Shown here piece after piece: positions 1 through 9,569 of a DNA stretch of 64,000 bases. How positions within the stretch are numbered: position 1 is the stretch's first letter; each line of letters starts with the position of its first letter. Position numbers and translations under genes: made by a program. This DNA is from Acidobacteriota bacterium (GTDB taxonomy: Bacteria > Acidobacteriota > Blastocatellia > Pyrinomonadales > Pyrinomonadaceae), in assembly GCA_046733695.1 (NCBI GenBank), contig JBKPPU010000273.1, positions 2,085-66,084 of the forward strand. The letters run 5' to 3'. Below the pieces are notes generated by a model. It was not told where the DNA came from, did not search any database, and saw only the letters and a list, made by a program, of their open reading frames with translations.

Positions 1-386
1 AGTGCCTCTTCATAGAGCCGCCACTCAGCCTGGAGGTAGAAAGCGTGATGCATGAACGCGCTGAGGTTGTAGTCGTGCAATACGATCGTGCCGGGAAAGT
101 TCCACGCGAGTTTATAGATATCTTTATGAAATTGACTGTTGTTCCCGAGGTGGTAGATCGTTTCGTCGTACCACTGACGTTGTTGCTGGAAAACAGTTAG
201 CGGATAGACAGCGAAGTCTCTTTTCAAGTCGTCTTGCAGATCACGCGCGTCGCAATAGAGATCGATATCGAGGAATGGTCGAAGGCCTTTGACGAGCCAG
301 TAGCTGTAATTGGCGATGCCACTCTTCTGAGGCGGAAGAGGCGACATCCACGCTATTCGGCGTTTCTTGTGTTGCGTCACGTCCAT
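1..386 (-). CDS. GT4-like glycosyltransferase, N-terminal part (gene runs off the left edge)
   Basis: Hand translation of the minus strand from ATG at 386 gives MDVTQHKKRRIAWMSPLPPQKSGIANYSYWLV...HLGNNSQFH.... The MSPLPPxKSGIAxYS opening is typical of GT4 mannosyltransferase-like enzymes. It is absent from the ORF track because the window edge truncates it. Confidence 0.6.
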   Translation of the reverse strand, partial: MDVTQHKKRRIAWMSPLPPQKSGIANYSYWLVKGLRPFLDIDLYCDARDLQDDLKRDFAVYPLTVFQQQRQWYDETIYHLGNNSQFHKDIYKLAWNFPGTIVLHDYNLSAFMHHAFYLQAEWRLYEEA

Positions 387-419
387 CACGGGCTTATTGA
401 ATTTCTCTGTGTAACAGAG

Positions 420-2834
420 TTAGATCACCTCAACTGTTAAGGTCACAGTGCGTGATCCGTTATGCTGGAACCAACACACACCCTCGCTCACCAGATCGCA
501 CTGCAATACATGCTGGCCTGTCGACGGCAGTGGCACTGCAGCGACAAACTCAACCGTCTCGCCAGGCATGATTGGCCGGCCCTCGGAAGGAAGGCTTTGC
601 CGAAAGTAATCGAGGTCTATTAACTTCCCGTCGACATCAAATAGATGAGCACCAAAACGAACGGCACCGACGCGAGCATCGGACGGCAACCATGCTGTCG
701 TGCCGCTATTCCTGGCCTGTACATTCAAAACGACAGCGTCACCTGAGTTGACAGTCGTTGAGGCTGCTTCGATCTTCAACTCAGCAAGTAGTCCCTCACG
801 TTGCCGGCTGTCGGGCGGTGTGGAAGATTCTCCTTTGAACAGAAAGAAGAGACGTCTGTGCCGCATCTCCTCGCGCGTCTGTGCAACGTATTCTTCGCCG
901 CTATTCTCGCCATTCAGATATGCCTCAAACTGGTCCAACGGGAGGAGCGCCGGTTCCGGCTTGAACAACGCGAGGCGTAGATCCGTGAAGCCCGCGGCCT
1001 GCGCATCCTGCCAAATCTCATTCATCTCAATGTCATTTTCGATCAACCGGTTCGTTCGCATCTCGTATTGCGACTGTGGCGACTTCGAATGGTCCGGGCC
1101 AGGCTCAGAGAACCCGGCAATTCCACCGGGCTTAAGCACGCGCGCCATTTCCATCAGCACTTTGCCCGGATTGGGAACGTGATGGAATGCGTCCCAGCAG
1201 CTAATGCGATCGACCGACTCATCCGGAAGGTCCAACGTGTGCCCATCGAAATGCACAAAACGAGGTTGAGGCTGATCGCCCACGAGCGGGCTTCGCTTGT
1301 ACAACTCTTCCCCGATCTTCAGCGCGGTAGACGACACGTCAACGGCGATAACTCGTAATCCCAACTGGCTAAGAAAACGAGAAGTCCAGCAGGAACCGGC
1401 GCCGAAGTCGACAATCGTCATATCGGGAAGCAGTTTCAGTCCCCGTACAACTTGCGCGAAATTGACGAGCAGCTCCGGTGTTTCGTTTACAGCTGCGAGG
1501 GGCTTGGCGTGCAGGTAATCCCAATTCTCCACTCGGGCGAAGAACTCTTCGGCAGTTTCACACAACTCCTCAACCGACCACTCGTTCATGCGCCGGCGAA
1601 CGTCGATGAAGTCCGGGTCAACTTCATTATCTGCTGCGATGGATTCATCCAAACTGATCGGCGGCTCGGTCAGCGCAGTAAGAGTTGCGAGTGCAGTTTT
1701 CTTCCAGCTGTATTCATGCGCGTATTGATATCTTCGTCTCTTTGACTCAGGATCCGCCGGCGCCCGCAACGTTTGCTGAAGAGCGTCGGCCATTTCCTCG
1801 ACGTTGTACGGATCGAAATAGATCGTGAAGTCGCCACCCACTTCGGGAATAGACGAACTGCGGGATGCTGCAACAGGAAGCCCGCAGGCCAGCCCTTCGA
1901 GCACGGGAAGTCCAAATCCTTCGTACAGTGATGGGAAGAAAAGACAACGAGCTTTCTGATACGTTTCAACCAGGACACGTTCGTCGATAAAACCAGTCAG
2001 CCAAACTTTCCCCTCGATTCCGAGTTTGCGGGCGAGATTCAAGAGCTGGGTTTCGCCTGCTTTGTCACAGTGACAGACGATGCACAATCGGGTGGATTGA
2101 ATGCTTTCTTGGCTTCGGTATTTCTCGTGGAGTCGGGCGAAGGCTTCTATTGCACGGTCCATGTTCTTCCGAGGATCGAATCCGCCGGGATAGATCACAT
2201 AATCGCCCCCGTTGGAAGGTACGGGGAAAACGGGCGGCTGAAATAATGAATCGACCGCGAGATGTGTGACCACGTGACGCTTGTTTGCGACCGGCAACGC
2301 GTTCAGAAAATCCGACTTGGTGTGATGAGAGATGTGGAAGAAGAGATCGAAATCCTGCGCCAAACGCTTCAGCTTATTCTTGTAAGAAACAATGCTTGCC
2401 GCGGGCCAGTGTTTCGCGTACGTGTCTTCCATCACTGAAATGATGAGGTCGAAAATCGTGACCGCATAAACGCAATTGCTGCTTTGACGAAACGGCAGAA
2501 TCACGTTGTCCATTAACGCGTTGGGCGTCCAATAGGCGTCGATGCCCAATCGCTCAATGTCGTTATTCAAGGTGTCGGAATAGAGTTGTTCGTATGCTGG
2601 GCCATCACCATTTCTGGAAACGCGCGTGTCGTAAGCATCATTCTCGAGAACGTGTAGTTTTCCACGAGCCCAGGGTGACAACACTGAGAGGTTCGCTCGC
2701 CGCGACGTGTTGAGGTAGAAATCGTTGGTAAAGTCGTACTGCAGCATCGACTCGATGCTGTTTATGAAATACTTCCCTATTCCGCGATTGATATCGGGCG
2801 TCGAGAGTGTTTGTCCGTCGATCAGTATTTTCAT
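420..2834 (-). CDS. Fusion protein: GT4 glycosyltransferase + class I SAM-dependent methyltransferase + C-terminal beta-sandwich-like domain
   Basis: 804-aa ORF. The N-terminal half has GT4 motifs (PGGFDPRKN, EGFGLPVLEGLACGLPVAAS). The middle has SAM-binding motif I (IVDFGAGSCWTSRFL) and a post-I/II region (LKPGGIAGFSEP). The last ~120 aa resemble an Ig/CARDB-like module. Confidence 0.8.
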   Translation of the reverse strand: MKILIDGQTLSTPDINRGIGKYFINSIESMLQYDFTNDFYLNTSRRANLSVLSPWARGKLHVLENDAYDTRVSRNGDGPAYEQLYSDTLNNDIERLGIDAYWTPNALMDNVILPFRQSSNCVYAVTIFDLIISVMEDTYAKHWPAASIVSYKNKLKRLAQDFDLFFHISHHTKSDFLNALPVANKRHVVTHLAVDSLFQPPVFPVPSNGGDYVIYPGGFDPRKNMDRAIEAFARLHEKYRSQESIQSTRLCIVCHCDKAGETQLLNLARKLGIEGKVWLTGFIDERVLVETYQKARCLFFPSLYEGFGLPVLEGLACGLPVAASRSSSIPEVGGDFTIYFDPYNVEEMADALQQTLRAPADPESKRRRYQYAHEYSWKKTALATLTALTEPPISLDESIAADNEVDPDFIDVRRRMNEWSVEELCETAEEFFARVENWDYLHAKPLAAVNETPELLVNFAQVVRGLKLLPDMTIVDFGAGSCWTSRFLSQLGLRVIAVDVSSTALKIGEELYKRSPLVGDQPQPRFVHFDGHTLDLPDESVDRISCWDAFHHVPNPGKVLMEMARVLKPGGIAGFSEPGPDHSKSPQSQYEMRTNRLIENDIEMNEIWQDAQAAGFTDLRLALFKPEPALLPLDQFEAYLNGENSGEEYVAQTREEMRHRRLFFLFKGESSTPPDSRQREGLLAELKIEAASTTVNSGDAVVLNVQARNSGTTAWLPSDARVGAVRFGAHLFDVDGKLIDLDYFRQSLPSEGRPIMPGETVEFVAAVPLPSTGQHVLQCDLVSEGVCWFQHNGSRTVTLTVEVI

Positions 2835-2958
2835 TTAGTGCTAGCGTACCTCAGTGTTCTCGGTGACTCTGGGTTGTTGTATCTCGAGTTTCTACAAACA
2901 CAGAAACACGGAGAACACTGAGGTTGCACAGAGAAATCCAAATTAACAAACCACTCGT

Positions 2959-4143
2959 CTACGGCCTTGCGAGCACACTCAGGTAACGACCCAACACCAC
3001 GTCGAAAGAAAATTCACGTGCCAGATATTGCCGGCCGTTTGCACCCATTCGATGGCGCATCGTTTCCTGTTCCTCCAGATACTTCACAGCCTCGCAAAAC
3101 TCATGCTTTCCTGATACCGACAAACCACCGTTGCAACGGTTCACATGACTCTGCGTAACCGCGCAGTTAGCTGAAACAACACACGGTACACCAGCGAGCC
3201 AGCCTTCCATGATGACGATCGAAAAACTCTCATTGTCAGAGAGATTAATGATCCCCAACGAATCCTTTAGCACCTGGAGTTTTCGTTCCTCCGAAACAAA
3301 CCCGAGATCGATGAAACGATCATCCACGGGTACAAGCGACTTGTCGCCGCCCCCTAGAAAGACGAGTTTTGTGTTGCGCGGATATTTTGCAGCGTATTCG
3401 AGAAACCATTCCGCGAGCAGATGAACATTCTTGCCCCGTTCTTTGCGACCTGCATAAACAAAATAGCGTTCCGGCAGTGGCTCTGCTTTCTCTGTAATGT
3501 GTCCGTTACTTGAAGGTAGTTCAACTCCGACGCCAGTAACCGCGCTCTCGACGATGCTGCGCCCGATGCGCCGCCCATATTGCTTGATAGTCAGCAGTTT
3601 TTCTTCGTAGGCGTTGAAGAATACGTGTTTCGAGTTTGCAAGCAACCGTTCCGTTGCGGCCCAGTAAAACTGCGGCTCATCGTGAAAGCACGGGATCAGC
3701 GAAATCCGGTTTGGATACTGATTGATTGCTGAATGTGTGAGGCCGTAAAAATACGGCAGCACCAGTAGCTCGTATTCGTCGCCGATATATTCCCCGAGCG
3801 CGTTTACAAGATCGCTGCTGTTGAGTCCGTAATTAAAAAAGTCTTCTTCATCACTTGCCGAAAGACTCTTGCCGCGCGACAGCTTACTGATCGCGGCGTC
3901 ATATGGCTCACGCGTTTTGTTAGTCGCGAATCTGCGCGTCTGAATTCCTTCGACTTCGTAAAGCCCGGGCTCATAGTGATCCTGCCACCAACTGTCGTAA
4001 GGCGACTTTGAACATGTCGTAAACACAAAAGTCGCAATTCCCCGTTTGTTCAATTCGCCTGCCATCCCCCGGGCCAGGCGCTCCGCACCGCCCGCGAAGT
4101 GCCCGAACCATGGAGTAATGATGCCGATCTTCTTATTGAACAT
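2959..4143 (-). CDS. GT4 glycosyltransferase
   Basis: Has the ESFSIVIMEGWLAGVPCVVS (E-x7-E region) motif and a GT-B-like N-terminus (KIGIITPWFGHFAGGAERLA). The start was moved to ATG 4143 (MFNKKIGIITPW); the ORF-track start at 4170 is also possible. Confidence 0.8.
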   Translation of the reverse strand: MFNKKIGIITPWFGHFAGGAERLARGMAGELNKRGIATFVFTTCSKSPYDSWWQDHYEPGLYEVEGIQTRRFATNKTREPYDAAISKLSRGKSLSASDEEDFFNYGLNSSDLVNALGEYIGDEYELLVLPYFYGLTHSAINQYPNRISLIPCFHDEPQFYWAATERLLANSKHVFFNAYEEKLLTIKQYGRRIGRSIVESAVTGVGVELPSSNGHITEKAEPLPERYFVYAGRKERGKNVHLLAEWFLEYAAKYPRNTKLVFLGGGDKSLVPVDDRFIDLGFVSEERKLQVLKDSLGIINLSDNESFSIVIMEGWLAGVPCVVSANCAVTQSHVNRCNGGLSVSGKHEFCEAVKYLEEQETMRHRMGANGRQYLAREFSFDVVLGRYLSVLARP

Positions 4144-4153
4144 GAGGCAGAGA

Positions 4154-5875
4154 TTAAGGCTTCCGAGCAATGATTCCGTAGTCGGGCGCGCTATAGAAGT
4201 GCTCGTTGAACCTGGTGACTAATTCACTATCCTCTGCGAGCTTCACTTCATCACGCGGGCGCAATTTCAATACATCCAAAGTGCGCAGGCCCCGAGCTTC
4301 GAGTAGAAACTGCAGCGTCTGGCTTGGAATCGGGTTGCGATGTGTGGGGTCAACATAAAAAGTATGACTGCCAACAATGAGGTTCTCGGGATTTGGCGTC
4401 TCGATGATAAGAAGACCATCGCGCTTCAAAGTACGCACGATCTCGTCGACGACGTTGATCAGCGTCTCGAGCGGCAGATGCTCTACCAGGTGAAAGATCG
4501 TAACAGCATTGAGACTCTCGCCGGGTAAACTTCGGAGGTAGATCAAAGCGTCATTCTCGACGACATTCAGACCCGCCGCACGACACTGTTCAATGAAGAC
4601 TCGATTGCGGTCCACTCCCTGAGCTTCAATGCCTTCCGACTTGACGAGTTGCAGCCATTCGCCACGTCCGCAGCCAATGTCCAAAACTCCGCCAGTGATT
4701 TCTGCTTCCTTCAGGAAAGGAATGTAAACCTGCAACCGCCGGCGAACCTCGTCACGTGGTCCGCGAAACTCGTCTTCAAACGAAGCATAAAGCGAATCAT
4801 GCAGATGCTCTTCTTCATGCTTTGCGACTTCAGCAAGTGCAGGAGTGTTTCGCGCAACCTCCTGGAGCAAGACTGTTAGCCGCCGTTCTTGCATCAACAG
4901 CTCAACGTCGGTTTTTTGCTGCTGCAGGATCAGGGGTTGAAGGTCGGCACGGATTTTACTGCTTATTTGTTGCTGGTCGTTGAGACCTTTCTGAGTCTCT
5001 GCTTTTTGTTCACTCGTGATCTGCTGTAGTTGCTGAAGGTGCTCGTGTTGTTGCTGTAGAACCTGCTGTAATTGCTGAACAATCTGCTGGTAATGGAGAA
5101 GCTGCTGAGCTTGTGATGAAATCTGTTCGCTCAGTTTTTGCGACGACTCCGCGCTGCCTGCCAAACGTGCTTCGGTCGCGCTTGCAAACTCATGAAATTT
5201 GGCTAGCAACTCTTCATACTGCTGCAATGCCACTTCGTTACTCTGTCGCAATGAAAGTTCGTTTGCCTGTTGTTGCTGCGCGGCGCGCTGCATGATCTCG
5301 AGTATCTGTGCCGAGATCTGCTGAAGAGTCTCACTCAATTCCTGATGATGTTGAATTTGATCGGCAGCGATTCTTTGCTGTTGCGACCAGTTGTAAAACT
5401 CGTATCGATTCTGGTGCTGAATCAGAAGTGGCAGCCGTGCAATGGACACAAAAAGTCGAACAACGTAGCCAATGACGGGAAGGCGTCCCAACCGTCGTAC
5501 GGTAACAGGCAATGATAGACCGCTGAGTTTTACCTGGGTTTTGCTGCCTTCGGGCGATGAATGCAAGCTGGACAAGACATCGATCTTGTTGAAGCGACCA
5601 CTTGCCAGTTGGTCCATGTGATGCGCGACGCCCGCTTCATCGGGTTCGCGATCCAACAGCACTCGATACGCGTTGCGCACAAAGTCCTCGCCGTGAAACC
5701 CCAGGAGGTCGTTGACGTGGTAGTGCTTCGCCTGCCTCGCCTGTTTCGGATGTCCGTTGGCCGGAGCGGTTACTGGCGCATTCTGACTTTCAGAACTGCC
5801 GTTCTCGCTGGCAACTCTGGCGCGAATCTCGTGCATTAACCGCTGCACATCCAGATTGGGACCGTCGTTAAGCAT
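4154..5875 (-). CDS. DUF4214-like domain + long Gln-rich coiled coil + C-terminal SAM-dependent methyltransferase; candidate polysaccharide chain-terminating methyltransferase
   Basis: 573-aa ORF. The N-terminal part reads FVRNAYRVLLDREPDEAGVAHHMDQLASG (DUF4214-like). A heptad-like Q/L/E-rich stretch of about 200 aa follows (QQLLHYQQIVQQLQQVLQQQHEHLQQLQQ). The C-terminus has the methyltransferase motif VLDIGCGRGEWLQL. Confidence 0.75.
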   Translation of the reverse strand: MLNDGPNLDVQRLMHEIRARVASENGSSESQNAPVTAPANGHPKQARQAKHYHVNDLLGFHGEDFVRNAYRVLLDREPDEAGVAHHMDQLASGRFNKIDVLSSLHSSPEGSKTQVKLSGLSLPVTVRRLGRLPVIGYVVRLFVSIARLPLLIQHQNRYEFYNWSQQQRIAADQIQHHQELSETLQQISAQILEIMQRAAQQQQANELSLRQSNEVALQQYEELLAKFHEFASATEARLAGSAESSQKLSEQISSQAQQLLHYQQIVQQLQQVLQQQHEHLQQLQQITSEQKAETQKGLNDQQQISSKIRADLQPLILQQQKTDVELLMQERRLTVLLQEVARNTPALAEVAKHEEEHLHDSLYASFEDEFRGPRDEVRRRLQVYIPFLKEAEITGGVLDIGCGRGEWLQLVKSEGIEAQGVDRNRVFIEQCRAAGLNVVENDALIYLRSLPGESLNAVTIFHLVEHLPLETLINVVDEIVRTLKRDGLLIIETPNPENLIVGSHTFYVDPTHRNPIPSQTLQFLLEARGLRTLDVLKLRPRDEVKLAEDSELVTRFNEHFYSAPDYGIIARKP

Positions 5876-5900
5876 AGGTTGCTGAGATTCTAACGTCTTT

Positions 5901-5935
5901 ATCCACAGATTACACAGATTGAATACAAAATCTGT
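5901..5935. repeat. Family A repeat (atccacagattacacagatt plus a degenerate inverted partner)
   Basis: 20-mer identical to 8321-8340. It lies in the divergent promoter region between the 4154-5875 gene and wzt. Confidence 0.7.
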
Positions 5936-5946
5936 ATGATACGGCC

Positions 5947-7239
5947 ATGGAGCCAGTCCTGCGAGTAGAAGGCGTTTCCAAACAGTATCGCATCTATGAG
6001 CGGGCTGCGGATCGGCTTAAGGAGATGGCGACTCTCGGTCGCTGGAAAACTCACCGGGAATTCTGGGCACTAAGGGACGTCAGTTTCGAGGTCGAACCAG
6101 GGACGACGTTTGGGATCGTCGGTCCCAACGGTTGTGGCAAATCGACCTTGTTACAAATCGTGGCCGGTACTCTGCAACCAACCCTGGGCAGCGTTTGGAG
6201 CACGGGCCGGATAGCAGCACTGCTGGAGCTTGGCGCTGGATTCAATCCTGAGTTTACCGGCGTTGAGAACGTTTTCATGAACGCCTCCTTGACAGGCCTC
6301 TCTCACGCCGAAACGCTCGCCGCCCTCCCCTTCATCGAGCGTTTCGCCGAGATCGGTGAGTTCATACATCAACCGGTCAAGACCTATTCGAGCGGCATGT
6401 ATGTCCGGCTTGCCTTCGCGGCCGCGATCAGCGTGATGCCGCAAATCCTGATCGTCGACGAAGCGCTCGCGGTGGGTGATGCAGTCTTTCAACATCGATG
6501 CATGCGGCGCATTCGCGAGATGCAGGAAAGCGGCATGACGATCCTGCTGGTCTCACACGATCCGAGTGCGATACGCGCGCTCTGCTCGAGAGCATTGCTG
6601 CTTCACGAGGGACGTGTCGAGGCGTTGGGCAAGCCGACGGATGTTCTCAATCGCTATCAGAAGTTGATCATGGCTCGCGAATCGACTTATGAAGATACGC
6701 AACCACCTCAACTCGATGAACCCGTTGACGCAGATCTGGAGAATCCGCCGAAACTCTCGTTCACCTACCGTCACGGAGATGGTAGTGCCGCCATCACTTC
6801 GGTTGAACTTCTAAATACCACACTGCAGCCGATCGAGTTTGTTGAGACTGGGGAGGAAGTCGTGATAAGAGTTCGGGTGCAATTCCGAGAGCCACATGAA
6901 GCACCCGTCTGCGGGTTTCTGATCCGTAACCGTCACGGCATTCACATCTATGGCACTAATACGGATTTGCAGCAGGAGCACTTTGGCCCCGTTCAGCGTG
7001 GCGAAACTGTCGAGGTAAGCTTCAATCTTAATTGCTGGCTCGCGCCCGACAGTTATTCAATAACCGTTGGCGTTCATAGCCTCGATGGAGTCAGTTATGA
7101 CTGGCTTGACGGAGCGTTCTTTTTTCACGTGATGAGTACTGTCGCGATGGAAGGAGTTACGAATCTCGACGCGACGGTAAGAGTTCGGCGCAAGAGCGTT
7201 CGTGGGAGTTCTGTTACGGCAGAACCCGTTAACGCCTGA
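5947..7239 (+). CDS. wzt: Polysaccharide/O-antigen ABC exporter ATP-binding protein (Wzt/TagH type) with C-terminal carbohydrate-binding-like domain
   Basis: Walker A GPNGCGKST, signature YSSGMYVRLAFA, Walker B ILIVDEAL. The ~160-aa C-terminal extension (GDGSAAITSVELLN...IRVRVQF...) resembles the Wzt_C beta-sandwich. Confidence 0.85.
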   Translation: MEPVLRVEGVSKQYRIYERAADRLKEMATLGRWKTHREFWALRDVSFEVEPGTTFGIVGPNGCGKSTLLQIVAGTLQPTLGSVWSTGRIAALLELGAGFNPEFTGVENVFMNASLTGLSHAETLAALPFIERFAEIGEFIHQPVKTYSSGMYVRLAFAAAISVMPQILIVDEALAVGDAVFQHRCMRRIREMQESGMTILLVSHDPSAIRALCSRALLLHEGRVEALGKPTDVLNRYQKLIMARESTYEDTQPPQLDEPVDADLENPPKLSFTYRHGDGSAAITSVELLNTTLQPIEFVETGEEVVIRVRVQFREPHEAPVCGFLIRNRHGIHIYGTNTDLQQEHFGPVQRGETVEVSFNLNCWLAPDSYSITVGVHSLDGVSYDWLDGAFFFHVMSTVAMEGVTNLDATVRVRRKSVRGSSVTAEPVNA

Positions 7240-7247
7240 CCTCAGTC

Positions 7248-8318
7248 ATGGAAAGAGTATCTTCAAACACGATTGCCGGTGGCGCACTGCATGAACGGAG
7301 CAGCGGCCTTCTGCTCAGACGTTGGTTTCTCATCAGTCTATTGCTCGCTACGTGGGTGCCGATTGCCTTCTTTATCCTGATAGCGCCTTCGCTCGGTCAG
7401 ACTGGCGGCCTGGCAAATCTTAAAGCGGTTTTTCTCTTCCTCGGAACGGCTCACGTTCCAGCCACGCTCTTTTTCTACGCTGACAAGGATTTTTCCTCGA
7501 TCAGACAGAGTCATCGAGTCCGCTACATTCTTGTCCCGATTCTTTTGATCGTCGCGACAGGGCTTGTTTTCGCCTTCGCAAGCTTCACGATCCAGGCATT
7601 TGCTTTATTGATCTACTGGGCGTGGCAGGCGTTTCACTACGGTCGCCAGAATGTCGGGATATACGCATTCGCGTCGATTGCGGAAACTGGAAGAGCACCC
7701 AGGAAGGCCGAGAAGATCGCTATCGACTGCGGAACCGTGCTGGCAATTCTTGGCACTTTCAAAGTGCTCGGAGCGGCTGTCGCGCCCGCATACCTGCGCG
7801 TGAGCTTTGACTATCTTTATCAGATTGGTTTCCTGAGCTTTTTTGCCCTCGCTGCTTTTAGTGTCGCCGTCTACTTCAAATACTTTCAGGATACCTCGCT
7901 CTTCAAGACGCTCTTTTTCTTCACTTCCGTTTTCTTTTTTGCGCCCGTGTTTATTTCTACTGACAACAACATCGGATTCCTCAGCTACGCAATCGCGCAC
8001 GGTTTGCAATACATCATCTTCATGAGCGTCATCTCAGTAAATGCTGGGGACAAAGTGCGACCAGCGCTTTATAAGAACGTCGCAGTCTTTCTTGTTTTCC
8101 TGCTGCTTGTCGGTTTTGCGTTTTGGCGAGTGAACGATCTTCGTGAGATCGGATTCGTGAAAAGCACGTGGGCCTATGCGCGAATCGCTGACTTCCTCTT
8201 TGGAGCAGTTTTGGGAGCGACGATGTCCCACTTTGTAGTCGACGCCAGCGCGTGGCGATTAAGCATGGCCAAGCAGCGTTCGTACATTACCAAGCGATTC
8301 AATTTCGTTTTCGATTAG
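7248..8318 (+). CDS. Integral membrane protein (about 10 predicted TM helices), unknown function
   Basis: 356-aa hydrophobic ORF that starts 9 nt after wzt. It has recurrent His-containing motifs (GTAHVP, FHYGRQNVG, AHGLQYIIF, MSHFVVD). It does not look like a typical ~260-aa Wzm ABC-2 permease. Confidence 0.6.
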   Translation: MERVSSNTIAGGALHERSSGLLLRRWFLISLLLATWVPIAFFILIAPSLGQTGGLANLKAVFLFLGTAHVPATLFFYADKDFSSIRQSHRVRYILVPILLIVATGLVFAFASFTIQAFALLIYWAWQAFHYGRQNVGIYAFASIAETGRAPRKAEKIAIDCGTVLAILGTFKVLGAAVAPAYLRVSFDYLYQIGFLSFFALAAFSVAVYFKYFQDTSLFKTLFFFTSVFFFAPVFISTDNNIGFLSYAIAHGLQYIIFMSVISVNAGDKVRPALYKNVAVFLVFLLLVGFAFWRVNDLREIGFVKSTWAYARIADFLFGAVLGATMSHFVVDASAWRLSMAKQRSYITKRFNFVFD

Positions 8319-8320
8319 CC

Positions 8321-8369
8321 ATCCACAGATTACACAGATTAAATAAAAGAATCTGTGTAATCTGTGGAT
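8321..8369. repeat. Family A repeat: perfect 20-bp inverted repeat with 9-nt loop; likely bidirectional terminator
   Basis: atccacagattacacagatt / aaataaaag / aatctgtgtaatctgtggat, between convergent genes. The last codons of the 8339-9475 ORF are encoded by the repeat. Confidence 0.85.
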
Positions 8370-9475
8370 ACCTTTTGATAGACCTGCCACGTCGCTGTTG
8401 CTGTGCGCTCCCAGGAAAATTTGTTTGCGTGCGTGATGCCGCTGGCGGAACGATGTTCTCGCTCGCTCGCATCGTCGAGCAAAGCCGTTATGCCCCGCGC
8501 GAGATCATCAACGTCAGTCGGGGAAATCAAACGAGCAACCTCGCCGACTGTCTCAACGATGCTGGGAATTCTGCTGGTAACTACCGGCGCTCCGCAGGCC
8601 ATTGCTTCCAGCAGTGGCAAACCGAAGCCCTCGTACAACGACGGATACACAAATACTCGACATGATGAATAAAGTGCTCGTAAGTCATCATCCGGCAGAT
8701 GTCCAGTGAACAGAACTCGCTCGCCGATGGGTTTGTCGCGCAAGTAATCCATCAACTCACCCGAGAGCCACCCTTCATCACCGGCGACAACTAGCTGCAA
8801 TGTTGATGAAGTCGATCGAATGATCTGTTCAAACGCGCGCACCAGCGTCAACAGATTCTTGCGCGGCTCGATGGTACCTACGAAGAGTATGAACTCGGCT
8901 TCAACTCCAAGTCGCTCACAATCAGGCCGACTCTCGGATGCAGGCATCGGATAAAAGCAAGCACGGGCAGCTTCCGGGATTGCAAACACTTTGTCTGCGC
9001 TGACTCCTAGATGCTCACAGACTTCGCCTCTCACTGTCTCCGACGGCGTGATGATTGCGGTAGCCTTACGCGCAGCACGCGGCAGCTTCATGCGCGCTCG
9101 TCGCACCAGGTGTTTTTCATGGGTCTCGGGATAAAGAAGCAGTGACAGGTCGTGAATCGTGAGAACGGTGGGACAATTCACCCAGTAAGGGAGAGCGAAA
9201 TTGGTCCCGTGGAAAAGAGCAAACGACTCACGCCGGCAGTAGCGCGGCAAATATATGGACCACCAGCCGCGACGTCTCAGACGGTCAAGGCCGGCGTTGA
9301 CGAGCTTGAGGTTCGGCGGAAACGAATTATCTATCGATGTAAACGGCGATGGCGAGACGAGCTCGAATTGATGGTCGGAGGCGATAGCAGCGAGCGCACG
9401 CCCCAATTCAAACGTGTAATGGCCAACGCCTGTTTTTTTCCTACACAGCGGTAAGCCGTCGAGTCCAAAGCGCAT
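8339..9475 (-). CDS. GT4 glycosyltransferase (mannosyltransferase-like)
   Basis: 378-aa ORF with FVGTIEPRKN and YPSLYEGFGLPLLEAMACGAPVVTS motifs. Confidence 0.85.
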   Translation of the reverse strand: MRFGLDGLPLCRKKTGVGHYTFELGRALAAIASDHQFELVSPSPFTSIDNSFPPNLKLVNAGLDRLRRRGWWSIYLPRYCRRESFALFHGTNFALPYWVNCPTVLTIHDLSLLLYPETHEKHLVRRARMKLPRAARKATAIITPSETVRGEVCEHLGVSADKVFAIPEAARACFYPMPASESRPDCERLGVEAEFILFVGTIEPRKNLLTLVRAFEQIIRSTSSTLQLVVAGDEGWLSGELMDYLRDKPIGERVLFTGHLPDDDLRALYSSCRVFVYPSLYEGFGLPLLEAMACGAPVVTSRIPSIVETVGEVARLISPTDVDDLARGITALLDDASEREHRSASGITHANKFSWERTATATWQVYQKVSTDYTDSFI

Positions 9476-9500
9476 CTCCTCCTGAATTAACTGCTTACGC

Positions 9501-9543
9501 CAAAAAGATCAAGGCTGGCCCTTCGCAAAAAGGACCAGCCTTG
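9501..9543 (-). terminator. Putative intrinsic terminator of the 9570-10523 gene
   Basis: On the minus strand: caaggctggtcc / loop / ggccagccttg, followed by a T-run (atcttttt). Confidence 0.5.
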
Positions 9544-9569
9544 TTTTGGAGACGCTACTTTAAATCGTC

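Noticed and set aside
234-440. 68-aa plus-strand ORF at the left edge.
   Set aside because: It overlaps the start of the partial GT4 gene (1-386, minus strand), whose translation has clear family motifs. The plus-strand ORF has none.
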